NCBI GenBank assembly: GCA_002269645.1
Contig: NIVC01002177.1
Location: forward strand, 131,868-195,867
Length of the DNA stretch: 64,000 bases
Reading direction: 5' to 3'
From: Macrostomum lignano
Taxonomy: Eukaryota
This document shows, in pieces, positions 41,760 through 52,290 of the stretch. Position 1 is the first letter of the stretch, and the number at the start of each line of letters is the position of its first letter. A model generated the notes under the pieces. That model did no database searches. It was not told where the DNA came from and worked only from the letters and a program-made list of their open reading frames with translations. Both the position numbers and the translations under genes were made by a program.

Positions 41760-42030
41760 ACTCTCGTGCCAAGTACCTGGGACAATTCAGTGGCCAGAAA
41801 TTGACATGGGGCTTGTGCAATTCTCGCACATTGAGGGCCAATCCCCAAGACTCAGAGAGTGTACATGCCTGATGGTTAGAAAAATTGGGCCGCTGTACAC
41901 TCCTGTGTGAGCGAGTGAATGGGTGCGCGATTGTATGTCCTCAGGAGTCAACGGAAACGGGCATAATGGCCGCAGCGCTGTGGGACGTTGTCTTTAAAGG
42001 CGTTGCGTCAGGGAGCCCACAGCCCTAATG
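41760..42030 (+). mobile_element. Diverged SINE family B fragment
   Basis: gagtgtacatgcctgatggttagaaaaattgggccgctgtacactcctgtgtgag matches the family B core. Confidence 0.65.
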
Positions 42031-43737
42031 CGAATGTTATCATTATATATTGTATATGCTCAAATAAGCTTGAGCTACGCACATACAACACCAGGTACTG
42101 GTGCGATCCTCATTTCTAACAACTACGCTCGTACGTGGCAAAGTGATTGGGACGTTCTATTTCTGACTAGGCAACAGGTCCTGCACCAATTCGCGGTACA
42201 CTAGCTCTTGTAGGCTCTCACAGGGTGCTCTCCATGAGGAAGGGTATTCTCCACCCTTCAGTTAGCGTGTACGCAAGTGTATATTTTCCAACTTCTTACA
42301 CGGGCAATCGATAAAAATGCAACAGTTTTCGCCTCGAGTTCTGCTCTCAGTTTGTGCAAATGAAAACCCTCGAACCCCGAAGCCTTGGGAGTTGTCGCTT
42401 TTGGGATCAGTTGAGACGAAAAGAAACGAAAATAAAATTAGGAGTTGTCCGTGGAGCAAAACAACGAGTCAAAGCTACGAGTCTCTCGTATATCCTTAAA
42501 TTTCTAGAGTGGAACACATATAACTCGTGTACTGTTGGCTATTGGCACTGCAACTAGGCTCAACATTTGATTTGATGCCTCTTGTTTTCTTAGAACTCTG
42601 ACTGCAACTGCTGAGCAAGTCTTCACAACTCGTTATTGCTGCCCAAGGGTAAGCTGGAGCAGATAACTGCGTGTACTTCGAATAATAATAATTGTTGAAT
42701 GGAGCGAGCACGGATACGAGTGCAGATACATGTACTTTGGTGCGAGTGCCGGGTGCTGTAACCGCTGATTCACTTCCGGAACCCGCGATTAAAGCTCAGC
42801 TGCGCTTCTTCAATGCATTCTGTTCCAGGATTCTCATTATGAGGCTTTTCCACAGCCAACCCGCTTTTTCCAAAGTTGTTCGTGTTTAGCTCAAATAGCT
42901 CAAGTTCCGCATTCGAACGGAGCATTGGCTAGAGCGTAATCAATGACTGCAATCTTGAGTTAAATTGCTCTACAATAACTGTTAAATAGACAAATAGAGT
43001 TAAATATTTCATCAAACTGAATGCTTGTTGTCAGTCTGGAAGTGTAGAAATTTTCTGAGGACAAGTTGCGTATCGATATTTACTCAGTCAGACTTTCCAC
43101 ACTGGCTAAAGCGTCTTTGAAGTCAACAACAGAATAAAAAAGACAGAATTACCCAATTGGGACCCACAAATATGCAAGAGTGAATAAGAATTTTACTCTT
43201 ATTCTCGAACATTGTTACTGGAGAAGCCTGAATTGGGCACTGGGGTGCAGTGAATGGAAACACTGGGAATGAAATGCTAGAAGTTAGACAAGAGCTCGAC
43301 TCGTGGAGCTTCATTTTCAAATAACATTAATTTTTTCTATTATTATAATAGCAGTCGGGTTGGGTGAGTATAGCTAACAAACTCACTCAAAGAGAGTCAA
43401 TGCAGGCTTGAGACCATTGCTGCGGGGCCGGCGGGGCGAAACAGTTGGTCAGTGGGAGAGTATCACGCACTCGTGCTTTTCAAAGAGGCGGTTGAGATAG
43501 ACGCAGCGCTGCGAGGACCCACTAGAAAGAAGAAAATCAATATGCGAGCCGAGCCGAAGACCTTCCGAGCTGTCGGCTGGCCCCAGCCACGCTCCCTCAT
43601 GCCTTCCCGCCCCGTCTCGCGCACGAATGCAGAGTCAACCCGGCTCTGTCCCAACTCACTGTCTCCACTGTCCCAGCTAGCTATTGCAGTTTTGCCCACC
43701 TCAACTCCGCGCAGGGAAGTCAGGCCAGCCTTCCGAT

Positions 43738-46700
43738 ACAATGTCTGTAGCGACAGCTATCGGTGAGCGTCAGACAGAGAAGGAAGAAGAAGCGACGAGC
43801 CAAGCAAAAACCTGTTCAGTGGGCATTCAATACTGCTGCCAGCACATGGATGCGGAGACGGACAGCGGCCCGGCGGTAGTGAAGGCTAGCGATGACCCGA
43901 CCAGTCCATCAGCACAGCTGCCTAACGGATCGTATTTGGATGAGGAGAAGCCAGCAGAGGATTGCGTCGCAAGTGAGGAGCCAGTAATGCAGGAGCAGGA
44001 GGCCCAAAACAAAGAGCAGCAGGAGACTGAAGCGGTTGTATCAGCTGAGAGCGAACTGCTAGCGGATAGTGCCTCCGGTGTGGAGACAGAGCTGCAGAAG
44101 GCTGACTGTGAGTCAGAAGAAGAGCTAGAACAGCCTTCAATGGATGTTCTCGAGCCAAACGATGAAGGTGCTGTTCAGCTCCATCAAGAAGAGGCTCAGG
44201 AGGAGTTGGCCATCACCGTCACAGAAACATCGGAGACGCTGGTCATCGAGTCAGGCACGGATGTAGCGATTGAGCCAGTAGAGGCGAGTACTGAAGATGT
44301 AGCTCAAGAACCTGAGCGTCCGGAAAAACCTGACGTTCTCCCAGTCTCGGATAGTGATGCTCACGCTATTGATGAGGCCGAAAGCACAGAGGAGGCGGCC
44401 AACGAAGCCAACGAAACAGAAGTCAGCACTGCTGAGCCTGAGAATGAGGAAACTCCCAAAAAAGTGGACGTCGAATCGGAGGCGGAGACTGTACTTCCTG
44501 AAAAAGCAGAGAATGAAGAAGTGGACTCAAACTCAACCGAGAAAGTAGAGGAGGAAGCTGCAGTGCAGGAGGCTAAGGAGGAGGCGATCGAGTCGTCTGA
44601 CACTCGGCAGCCTCCAGCGGAAGCAGCGGAAGCAACAACTCTTGAACCAAAAGCAGATGAACCAGCGGGTCGAAAATCAAGCCACCTTCGGAGAAAAAGA
44701 GCACAAAGAAAGCGGAGCCCAAGAAGGCTCCGTTGGCTGGCAGTAAGCCCTCACCAGCCGTGACAAAATCCAAGCCAGGGACTTCTCACCCTACCACAAA
44801 AGCTGGCGCAGATAGTCGGAAGGAGGAGGTAGCGGCGGCTTCAAAAACCAAGAGGACCCCAACAATGCCAAAGCGAGCGACAGCCATCCCCGTGCCATCA
44901 AAAACAGAGCACGAAGAGGCTTCCGGTAGTGCTGAACATAAGACATCAGCTCCAGTGCGCCGCACCTCTGCAGCCCGCACCACTGCCCCGAAACAGCAGC
45001 AGCATCAGGAGGAAGCCAAAGACGCCAAATCAAGTGCGTCTCCGCTGAAATCCAAGCCAACGGCAGTGCGAAAACCTGCCGCAGCCACCGAAGAAAAGGA
45101 CGGAGATGAGAAGCCTGTGCCGACCAGCAAGCCGCCACCAAAGCGGCGCTCTATCACCTCGGAAAAGCCAGCGGCGACAACCCGCGAAAAGGTCCGAGTG
45201 AGCTCGGCGGCCGATGCAACCGTCAAGACTACGCGTACGGCAGCGACGGCTTCTCGGCGAGCAACAGTTGGTGATGCTCCGACAACTTCAGCTGCAGGAG
45301 CCACCTGCGCTGATTCTGCTTCTACTGCTGCTGCTAGTCAGAGCTCTGCTATCCAGGCCGCCAAAGCAGACGAGCTGCGCAGGTCAAATTCTTCACAGTT
45401 GAGCAAGACTGAGTCGGGCGGCTCAAGCGAAGTCTTTCCGGATGGCAGCGGAGCGAGTGGCGGCGGTGGCGGCCCATCCCGTTTGCGAGCTCCAGGAGTC
45501 AGCCGAGTGCACCGGGTGACCCAGCGCACACCTGACTCCACTGAGCTGCAGCACGTTACGAAGGCAACCCCAATGCCAGGTATGAGGCTTTTCAACAAGT
45601 TATACTGATGTAAACTTTTTATGAGCAGATTGAAGTTAGATTTTTTAGAAACTAAAAACTATGAAACACTGGGACAGGGAAAATCTGTTATTTGTTACAG
45701 AAATACGCGGCGGAGTGGAGGTCAAACAGACTGCGGCAAGCCGCGGCCGCTTGCAGAAGCTGCAGGAGGAGGCCAACAAGGCGCTGGAGGCCAGTAACGA
45801 AAATCAGTATCTGACGCCACTGCAGCGCAAAGAGTCCGAGGTTAAAGAGCTGCGGCGGCTACTGCAGGAGGCCTATCAGGTTAATATTCAGCTTGTTATC
45901 TATGCATACTACTACCAGTAGGCATACTAGTGGCTAGAGCGTCGGACTCAAGACTGAAAGGTCGGGGGTTCGATTCTTGACAAACTCAGAAAAATTTGTG
46001 TTCAATTGAGCAAGACACTTAACTCTGCATTGCTTCAGTCCACCCAGCTGTAAAATGGGTGCCAGCATTAGCTGGGGTAATTGAGGGTGTGTGTGGCGAC
46101 CCACCCTCCCAGTCCTTGGACTGAACAGCCGTACGCAGCCATCAGATGCGCCTCGAAATTGCTGTGGCTGAGCTGTTGGTTGCACATCTGGCCATTGGGG
46201 CAGGTGGAGTCAAATATTATAATTAACATTATTAATACTATTATACTACGAGTAGTTGTTTAAAAAATTACTAGCTTCACTAGTACGTGTACATATTGTA
46301 CATTCTCTGAACAATGGTCGATCTGCTGGCTTCCGAATCTCTCAGGTCATCACGGAACGCGAGGAAGAGATTGAGGCAGCGGCCCGCGAAAAAGCTGAGG
46401 ACATCAGCATGGCCGTCAAGGATAAGGAGGAGTTCATAGCCGAGCTGCAGGCGGAGATTGACCAGCTGACACTGGACTATCAGGCGCTCACCGCCCTGCA
46501 CGGGGAGGTGAAGAGACGCGAGGAAGAGCTCGAACGGGAGGTGGCTCGACTGCGCCAGGAGATGGAGGAGCGCGAGCAGCGCCACCAACAGTACTATTTG
46601 GAGATGTACCGCAAGGGCCAGGAGTCTGCCAAGTTTGAACGGCAAGATGAGGTGGGTAAAATTACATGAAATGCATGCTTTCCTATTTCCTTCTATGCTT

Positions 46701-47723
46701 ATATATTAACAGAGATAAAATCCTTGTGAAATTAAAAAAAAAACATTTCAGTTGGAAAAGTTGGCGGTCCAAGAGCCGGACAAAGTGTCCATTGATGAGT
46801 TGGTGGAGAAGCTGGAGCTAACTCAGCAGGATCTGCACAAGTGGCAGACTCTAAAACTGATGGAGACCTACTCGGAAAGTGAGCAGCCGGCCACGGAAGC
46901 GGATGCCAGACTCAGGTTGGTTATCAAGGCATCAGTGGAATTTCAGACTGCAATTTGCAGGAATTTACATTTAAAGCAGGGGTCGAAAAACTTCGGCCCG
47001 CGGGCCACACGAAGCCCACAAATAATCTCTATCTGACCCTCGGGTCCTTTGAAACTTTACAATAGCAATCTGGCTCGCTCAAGGTTTGTGTCTCTCCTCT
47101 CCTCTCTCTTCTCTCCCCTCTCCCCTCTCCCCTCTCCCCTCTCCCCTCTCTCCTCCTTCCCCTCTCTCCCCTCTCTACCCTCTCTGCCCCTTCTTCCCTC
47201 TCTCCCATCTCTCCCCTCTCCCCTCTCCCCTCTCCCCTCTCCCCTCTCCCCTCTCTCCCCTCTCTCCCCCTCTCCCCTCTCCCCTCTCTCTCCCCTCTCT
47301 CTCCCCTCTCCCCTCTCTCCCCCCTCTCCCTCTCTGCCCCTCTCCCCTCTCTCCTCCCTCCCCTCTTCTCTCTCTTCTTTACCCTCTCTCTATCCCCTGT
47401 CTCCTCTCTCCCCTCTCCCTCTTCTCTCTTCTCTCATCTTTTATTCTCTCTCTCCTTTTCACTCTCATCGGACCTGCAGCCATGAGCTGGATTCTTCATC
47501 TGGATTTAGAAGATTTTGAGTTTGCCGACCTCTCATTTAAAATGGTATATATTGTGATTTCAGATTCCTGAGGGACTCGATGTTCCACTACCTGACCGAG
47601 AAGGACCGCGACCAGGGCTTGCAGCATTTGACGGCCATAATCGGCATATTCAATTTTACCGAGGTGCAAATGGCTACTATTATGAAGTCCCTGTCTGACA
47701 GGAAGAAGCGAGGCAAAATTTAA
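43738..47723 (+). CDS. qtc: Large acidic/basic low-complexity + coiled-coil + C-terminal GRIP-like domain protein (quick-to-court-like), about 883 aa if a 1-nt deletion near 44667 is corrected; exons 43738-45579, 45701-45879, 46346-46651, 46752-46915, 47564-47723
   Basis: Exons are GT-AG and phase-compatible. The protein has heptad coiled coil (EIDQLTLDYQALTALHGEV...YYLEMYRKGQE) and a GRIP-like end RFLRDSMFHYLTEKDRDQGLQHLTAIIGIFNFTEVQ. Similarity to Drosophila qtc is from memory and needs BLAST. The start exon is uncertain. Confidence 0.75.
45920..46210 (+). mobile_element. tRNA-derived SINE, family A, in qtc-like intron 2
   Basis: Head CTAGTGGCTAGAGCGTCGGACTCAAGACTGAAAGGTCGGGGGTTCGATTC plus family A body. 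Confidence 0.9.
46977..47534. mobile_element. hAT-type MITE with internal polypyrimidine tract (reverse orientation), copy 3, in the last qtc-like intron
   Basis: CAGGGGTCGAAAAAC ... GTTTGCCGACCTCTC termini with TSD ATTTAAAG/ATTTAAAA (7/8). Both arms match copy 2 in reverse complement. Confidence 0.85.
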
Positions 47724-48655
47724 ATCAACGTAGGATAGTTTTAACAAACTTTCTTTAAATCATTTAATAACAGAGTCGGTTGCAGAAAGTGCTGGTTTTT
47801 TCTTTGGAATCTCCCCCTCAAACGTGGCTCATTTCTCTCCTTCCCTGCTTTTAAACATATTTACATCCTCTGTAAAAGCAGAGCTTACTCTTCTCATCCA
47901 CAAAATATTAGCTTTTAAAAATTTTCCTGATTATTTACTGTCATTGATTCATAGAGAACGCAATAGTCCAAGTAAAACCAATATTAAATTCTCGTTCAGT
48001 TGATTCCAACCTTCAGTCAATACATGCAATCGTACATCTAACATGGTTCAGGATTTTTCTTGCTAAGTTTTTGCCTATTCTACTCTTGCCCAAAGTGTTA
48101 TAGCTTCTAGTACGATTGCTATTATAGTGTTTTAACAATTCACTATGTGAGTTTAGCCTTTTTGAACCTGCTGTACAGCTCCAAATAAACATTAGTCAAC
48201 TCATAATTTGCATGCATTGACTTCCTAGCTGCCTTGTCTACAGTGAGATGACAGTAACTTCGGTGCGATGGTATCGTATAACCGCTGTTTAGGAATGGAG
48301 CTCCTTGTTTAGAGCAAGCGGATTTTTGCAAGGACGACTTAAAATGGGTTTTCCTTAATTTTTTCTTGAAAATGAATCCAGAACATTGCAAGTTCATAAT
48401 AAAAAATAAGTTACAGGTTCCAGATTCAATGGCAGTGCACCATTGGAAAACTCTGTAGTACGAAGATTTATAATTTTCCATAAAAGTTTTATTCGAGACC
48501 AAACGGTCTATAAGTTTATGTGCCGGCCTTTACAGTCCCCAAAGGCTACGTAATTGTAGCTCTGAATCTGACGTCATCACTGCAGCATCACTCTCGCATG
48601 GGCCATAAGTTGCTACGAGCTATTAGTTGTCGTCTCAAATGTGAGCGTCAGGAAG

Positions 48656-49564
48656 ATGAGCACCAGCACCGAGGGCGGAAGCGTGGGAGCCGTGCTGCGA
48701 TCCCTGCCTGCGCTCGTCGACCACCGGACGAAAATCCCTGCGGGCTCCGCCAGCAACCGCTGCAAAGTCGTCAAGGCTGCTCGGGCGCGCCAATTTGACG
48801 TCAAGGCGGTGTGTGACGACCCCATAGCAACGGCTGCCATTGAGGACTTCAAGCGGCCTCTGTATCGCAAGGATATCTTCTATGCCGGCTCTGTGGCGAG
48901 TCTGGCGAGTTCCAGAATACGGAAAAGGTCAGCAGTGACGCCGAGCCAGCTGGTCATCTCAATGACGCGAATCCCCGGCGAAATGTCAACTCAAGGTTCA
49001 GTGAGAACCATCGCCAAACCGGAAAAGATGCCTGATGGGGAAGAGTCTGAGGACGAGACTGCGGCTTGGGTGCCCAAACCCATCCGTGATGCGTTCCTCC
49101 TGATGACCGATTTGTCTCTGTTAAAGGACTCCGGCTTCCTAATAACTTGGATAGCGAACTTGGTATCCATGCTATCGTTCTACATTCCGCTATTCTTCAT
49201 CGGAGACTTCGCCAGAGAGGCCGGAGTCTCCGACGGTGAGTCCAGGTATCTGAATGCAGCCTTCGGCAGCGCCAACACCCTCAGCCGCATTCTGGTCGGA
49301 TGGGCCGCCGGCAACCCGAAGGTGTCGCCCCTGCTCGTCAACAATGTCTCGCTATTCTTCAGCGCAGTCCTGGTGCTGGTGCTCAACTACTCAACCAGCT
49401 TCCCGATGCTGATTGCCATCTACACGGCGCTCGGCGTCACTCTGGGACCCTTCATCACCCTCACCTCGGAGATTCTGTGCCGCCTGGTTGGCCTAGACAC
49501 TCTCATAGCCTCATCACTCTGGCCAGGGGAATCAGTACCATCAGTAAATGAAATGGATTTTTAG
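48656..49564 (+). pseudogene. Monocarboxylate transporter (SLC16/MFS) fragment: central loop plus about TM7-TM10 only
   Basis: Shows RPLYRKDIFYAGS (invertebrate MCT loop motif), MTDLSLLKDSGF, FGSANTLSRILVGWAA and LTSEILCRLVGLD. Homology stops abruptly at about 49503. The N-terminal six TMs and TM11-12 are not seen in the window. Confidence 0.75.
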
Positions 49565-49932
49565 CCTTGTAATTTTTCATTAAGTGTTTTAATCATCCAT
49601 TTCAAATTGCTTCTCAAGAACTATCAAAATGATCCCTACATGCATGAGCTCCCTAAGATCAATAATATACTGACGGGTCGTCAAACGGCAGTTATTAAAA
49701 AAAACACTTGAAAATCGATCAGTTTTTTTTTCAATTGCAATCCAAGCCATCCCAACACGGTGCCATTCAGTTGAGCAAAATGAGGCAAAGACAACTCAGG
49801 CAGCACGATGGTGCAAATGCGGTTCGCAGCTGCAGCAGCAGGTCTCGTGTATTTCTGCTAGTTAACCAGCCATACGCCGGTACTCAGCATTGCTGCAGTG
49901 GAAAATCCCCAGTCCAAGGTCAGTCCAGCAGT

Positions 49933-50601
49933 TTAGCTGTCGGGGGTCGGCAGGCCCTTGGTCTTCTCGCTGCACGGCTTTCTGCCCTCTCCGCGCTTCG
50001 GCTTGTAGAACTTGGCGCTGGCGCACAGCTCGGGCAGCTCGAAGTACTTGTCCTTGGGCTGGTGGAAGCCGAAGAAGAAGAGAATACCGCCGGAGCACTG
50101 GCCGTTCTTCCTGTACTTCTTCTTGATGAGGATCGGCACGCAGCGGTCATCGATGACGCCGCCCAGCTTGATGGAGAGGTCGCCCTTGGTCATGCGGCCG
50201 CAGTGCACGCTGATGGGCACCTTGCGGCTGGTGACGGTGGAGCGGGCCACCACGCGGTTGTTCGGCCACATCTTGGGGCACAGGGTGAGGAAGTACTTGG
50301 CGTGGCTCACGGGGATCTTCACGCACCGGGCGTTGGCGGCGCTGGTGCCCCAGGCGTAGTAGCCGACGCCGGCCTCGAAGTCGAACATGGTGTAGTGGTG
50401 TCCGGAGTAGTTCTGGGACTTCACCTTGAAGTAGGCGGCCACCTTCTTCTTCTCCTTGGAGCCGGCGATGCCTCCCAGCAGCTTGAGGTAGGTGCCGTTG
50501 TGGTAGCCGAGACCGGCCACTCCGATGGCTCCCTCTCTGGGCGGGTTCTCGCAGGCCAGGGCGGTGGCCACCAGGGCGGTGAGCAGCAGCAGCAGCTTCA
50601 T
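49933..50601 (-). CDS. Secreted, highly basic ependymin-related (EPDR)-like protein, 222 aa, intronless
   Basis: Signal peptide MKLLLLLTALVATALA followed by C-E-N-P, then RCVKIPV, DRCVPI and C-terminal YFELPELC. These match the EPDR cysteine pattern (CxxP ... CxK ... CxP ... FxxPxxC). Third codon positions are almost all G/C. The family call is pattern-based. Confidence 0.85.
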   Translation of the reverse strand: MKLLLLLTALVATALACENPPREGAIGVAGLGYHNGTYLKLLGGIAGSKEKKKVAAYFKVKSQNYSGHHYTMFDFEAGVGYYAWGTSAANARCVKIPVSHAKYFLTLCPKMWPNNRVVARSTVTSRKVPISVHCGRMTKGDLSIKLGGVIDDRCVPILIKKKYRKNGQCSGGILFFFGFHQPKDKYFELPELCASAKFYKPKRGEGRKPCSEKTKGLPTPDS

Positions 50602-50647
50602 CTTGAGTCAGAGAGTCTGGATGTCCGGCAGTGAGAAATCGAGTGGA

Positions 50648-50687
50648 CTTGATGGACTCTGGTCGCTGGCCAGGGGTGCTTTTTATG
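50648..50687 (-). promoter_or_regulatory. Putative TATA box (CATAAAAA, 50680-50687) and initiator-like ATCAAG about 27-30 nt downstream, for the EPDR-like gene
   Basis: Spacing fits a core promoter, about 50-85 nt upstream of the ATG at 50601. Confidence 0.5.
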
Positions 50688-51130
50688 CACCTGGACTGCT
50701 TGACCACCTGGCAGCTCGGCGTTCAAACATTTGGCAACAGAATTTGTTGGCAACCAGCAGGTGCGCAAATTGATGCTCATGGCTACTGCCGGTGTTTGCT
50801 CGGGGATCGATGGTCAGCTGACTTGAGCACCGCTTTTCTGCTTGCCGATTCCATAGCGCTCTGGTCAGCCCTGCTGACTGGAGCAATGCTCGTCTGTTTG
50901 ATTGCAAACTGCATTTGTTTTAATAAAGTTGAAAAAATAAGCTGTCTATTCGCTTTCGCAAAATGCCCAGCAACAAAGTTTCTACAATAGGTTTGTACCA
51001 ACCAACCCCCATAAGATCAACAGAGCTCATGTTTGCACTGCTGTTTTTGCTGTGCACACAGTTTTGTCAAAATACAATTCCTAATATCTAGCTATTGTTT
51101 GAAGAAACTGTTTGGTGAAAAAGTCTGAAG

Positions 51131-51374
51131 CTAGGGGCGTCGCCATCGGAGGGGACAGGGGGGCATGCCTCCCTCCCCCACTAAAAGCTGTGGGGCATGC
51201 CAATACTTTGCCCCCCCCTCCTCCTTGTGATCCGATATGGAAATCAAGAATTTTGTTTGAGGAAGCAAAATGAGTGTCTCCGGCGCTAAAATGAGTGACT
51301 GCGGCGCCAAAATGCGTGACTTCGGCGCTAAAATGAGTGTCTCCGGCGCTAAAATGAGTGACTGCGGCGCCAAA
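51131..51374. repeat. G/C-tract element (TAGGGGCGTCGCC...GCCCCCCC) followed by about 5 copies of a 21-bp repeat (AAAATGAGTGTCTCCGGCGCT, 51267-51374)
   Basis: The tandem part is directly visible. A non-autonomous DNA transposon origin is only a guess. Confidence 0.7.
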
Positions 51375-52108
51375 CTGCTTGTAGCAGACCTTATTATGGA
51401 TTGTTTATTGCAGCATAGCAACCGAATCAAGGAGTTCTATAATTAGCAATCTAGAGTGGAAACGAGTTTTTCAGTTTTGCCTTATGAGGCCAGACTAGCA
51501 TAGACAGAGTCATAGACATTCAGTGCTGGCTCCTTATCTTTACAATTTGCGTGGCCTTATGAGGTAAAACTTGTTTCCACTCCCGATTGATAATTATAGA
51601 ACTCCTTGAACCGAATAAGGATTGCACTGAATCAATGGTCTCTTGGCCATAGACTATTGCAGCTGGCGGGGCCATAGAAGTTTTTTGTCTATGGTAAAAC
51701 CCTATTTGCATGTAATAGCTTCAGGGAAAATGAATTTCGGCCATAGACAGCCAACCAGTTTCAGCCAACCAATAAGCGAGAACTGAACCGGAGCCGAGCA
51801 ATTCATGGTTTCATTCATCCATGGCCTCAGTGCGGTTTAAGTTCGTCTCTCAACGGAATTTTGTCGAATTTTTGCTAAAACTGAATGAATAATTATGGCC
51901 TACTTACTACATTGGGCTTGCGACATCCTAATTGTACTTTTTGCAATCCGCGGCAAGGCTGCAGTTGAATAGGCATTTTCTAAAATCAATATATTTATTT
52001 ATTTAATCTGAGTATTTTGCAATACGGTCTTTGTTGTTGTATTTATTTAATTTCGCTGTCAATTCAGCAGAGACCTGTTATCTCTCACTCTAGTTCAGAA
52101 ATTCTTTC

Positions 52109-52290
52109 TCATCATAGGAAACAATGCTGGTTTGCTGAACAGAGCTAGTTAGAATAGGCACATTGAATCTCATCATAGGAAACAATGCTGGTTTGCTGAA
52201 CAGAGCTAGTTAGAATAGGCACATTGAATCTCATCATAGGAAACAATGCTGGTTTGCTGAACAGAGCTAGTTAGAATAGGCACATTGAAT
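52109..52290. repeat. Three perfect copies of a 61-bp unit
   Basis: TCATCATAGGAAACAATGCTGG... starts at 52109, 52170 and 52231. Confidence 0.97.

Noticed and set aside
42740-42880. Short protein-like minus-strand frame (GKSGLAVEKPHNENPGTECIEEAQ)
   Set aside because: No partner exons and no recognisable homology.
47049-47571. Ser/Pro/Leu-rich ORFs (also at 2444-2842, 30894-31331, 59255-59786)
   Set aside because: These are translations of the polypurine/polypyrimidine tracts inside MITEs.
49708-50707. 308-aa antisense ORF and 186-aa alternate-frame ORF over the EPDR-like gene
   Set aside because: These are shadow ORFs expected from near-complete G/C third-position bias. Similar shadows over NDR, protocadherin and qtc-like exons were also ignored.
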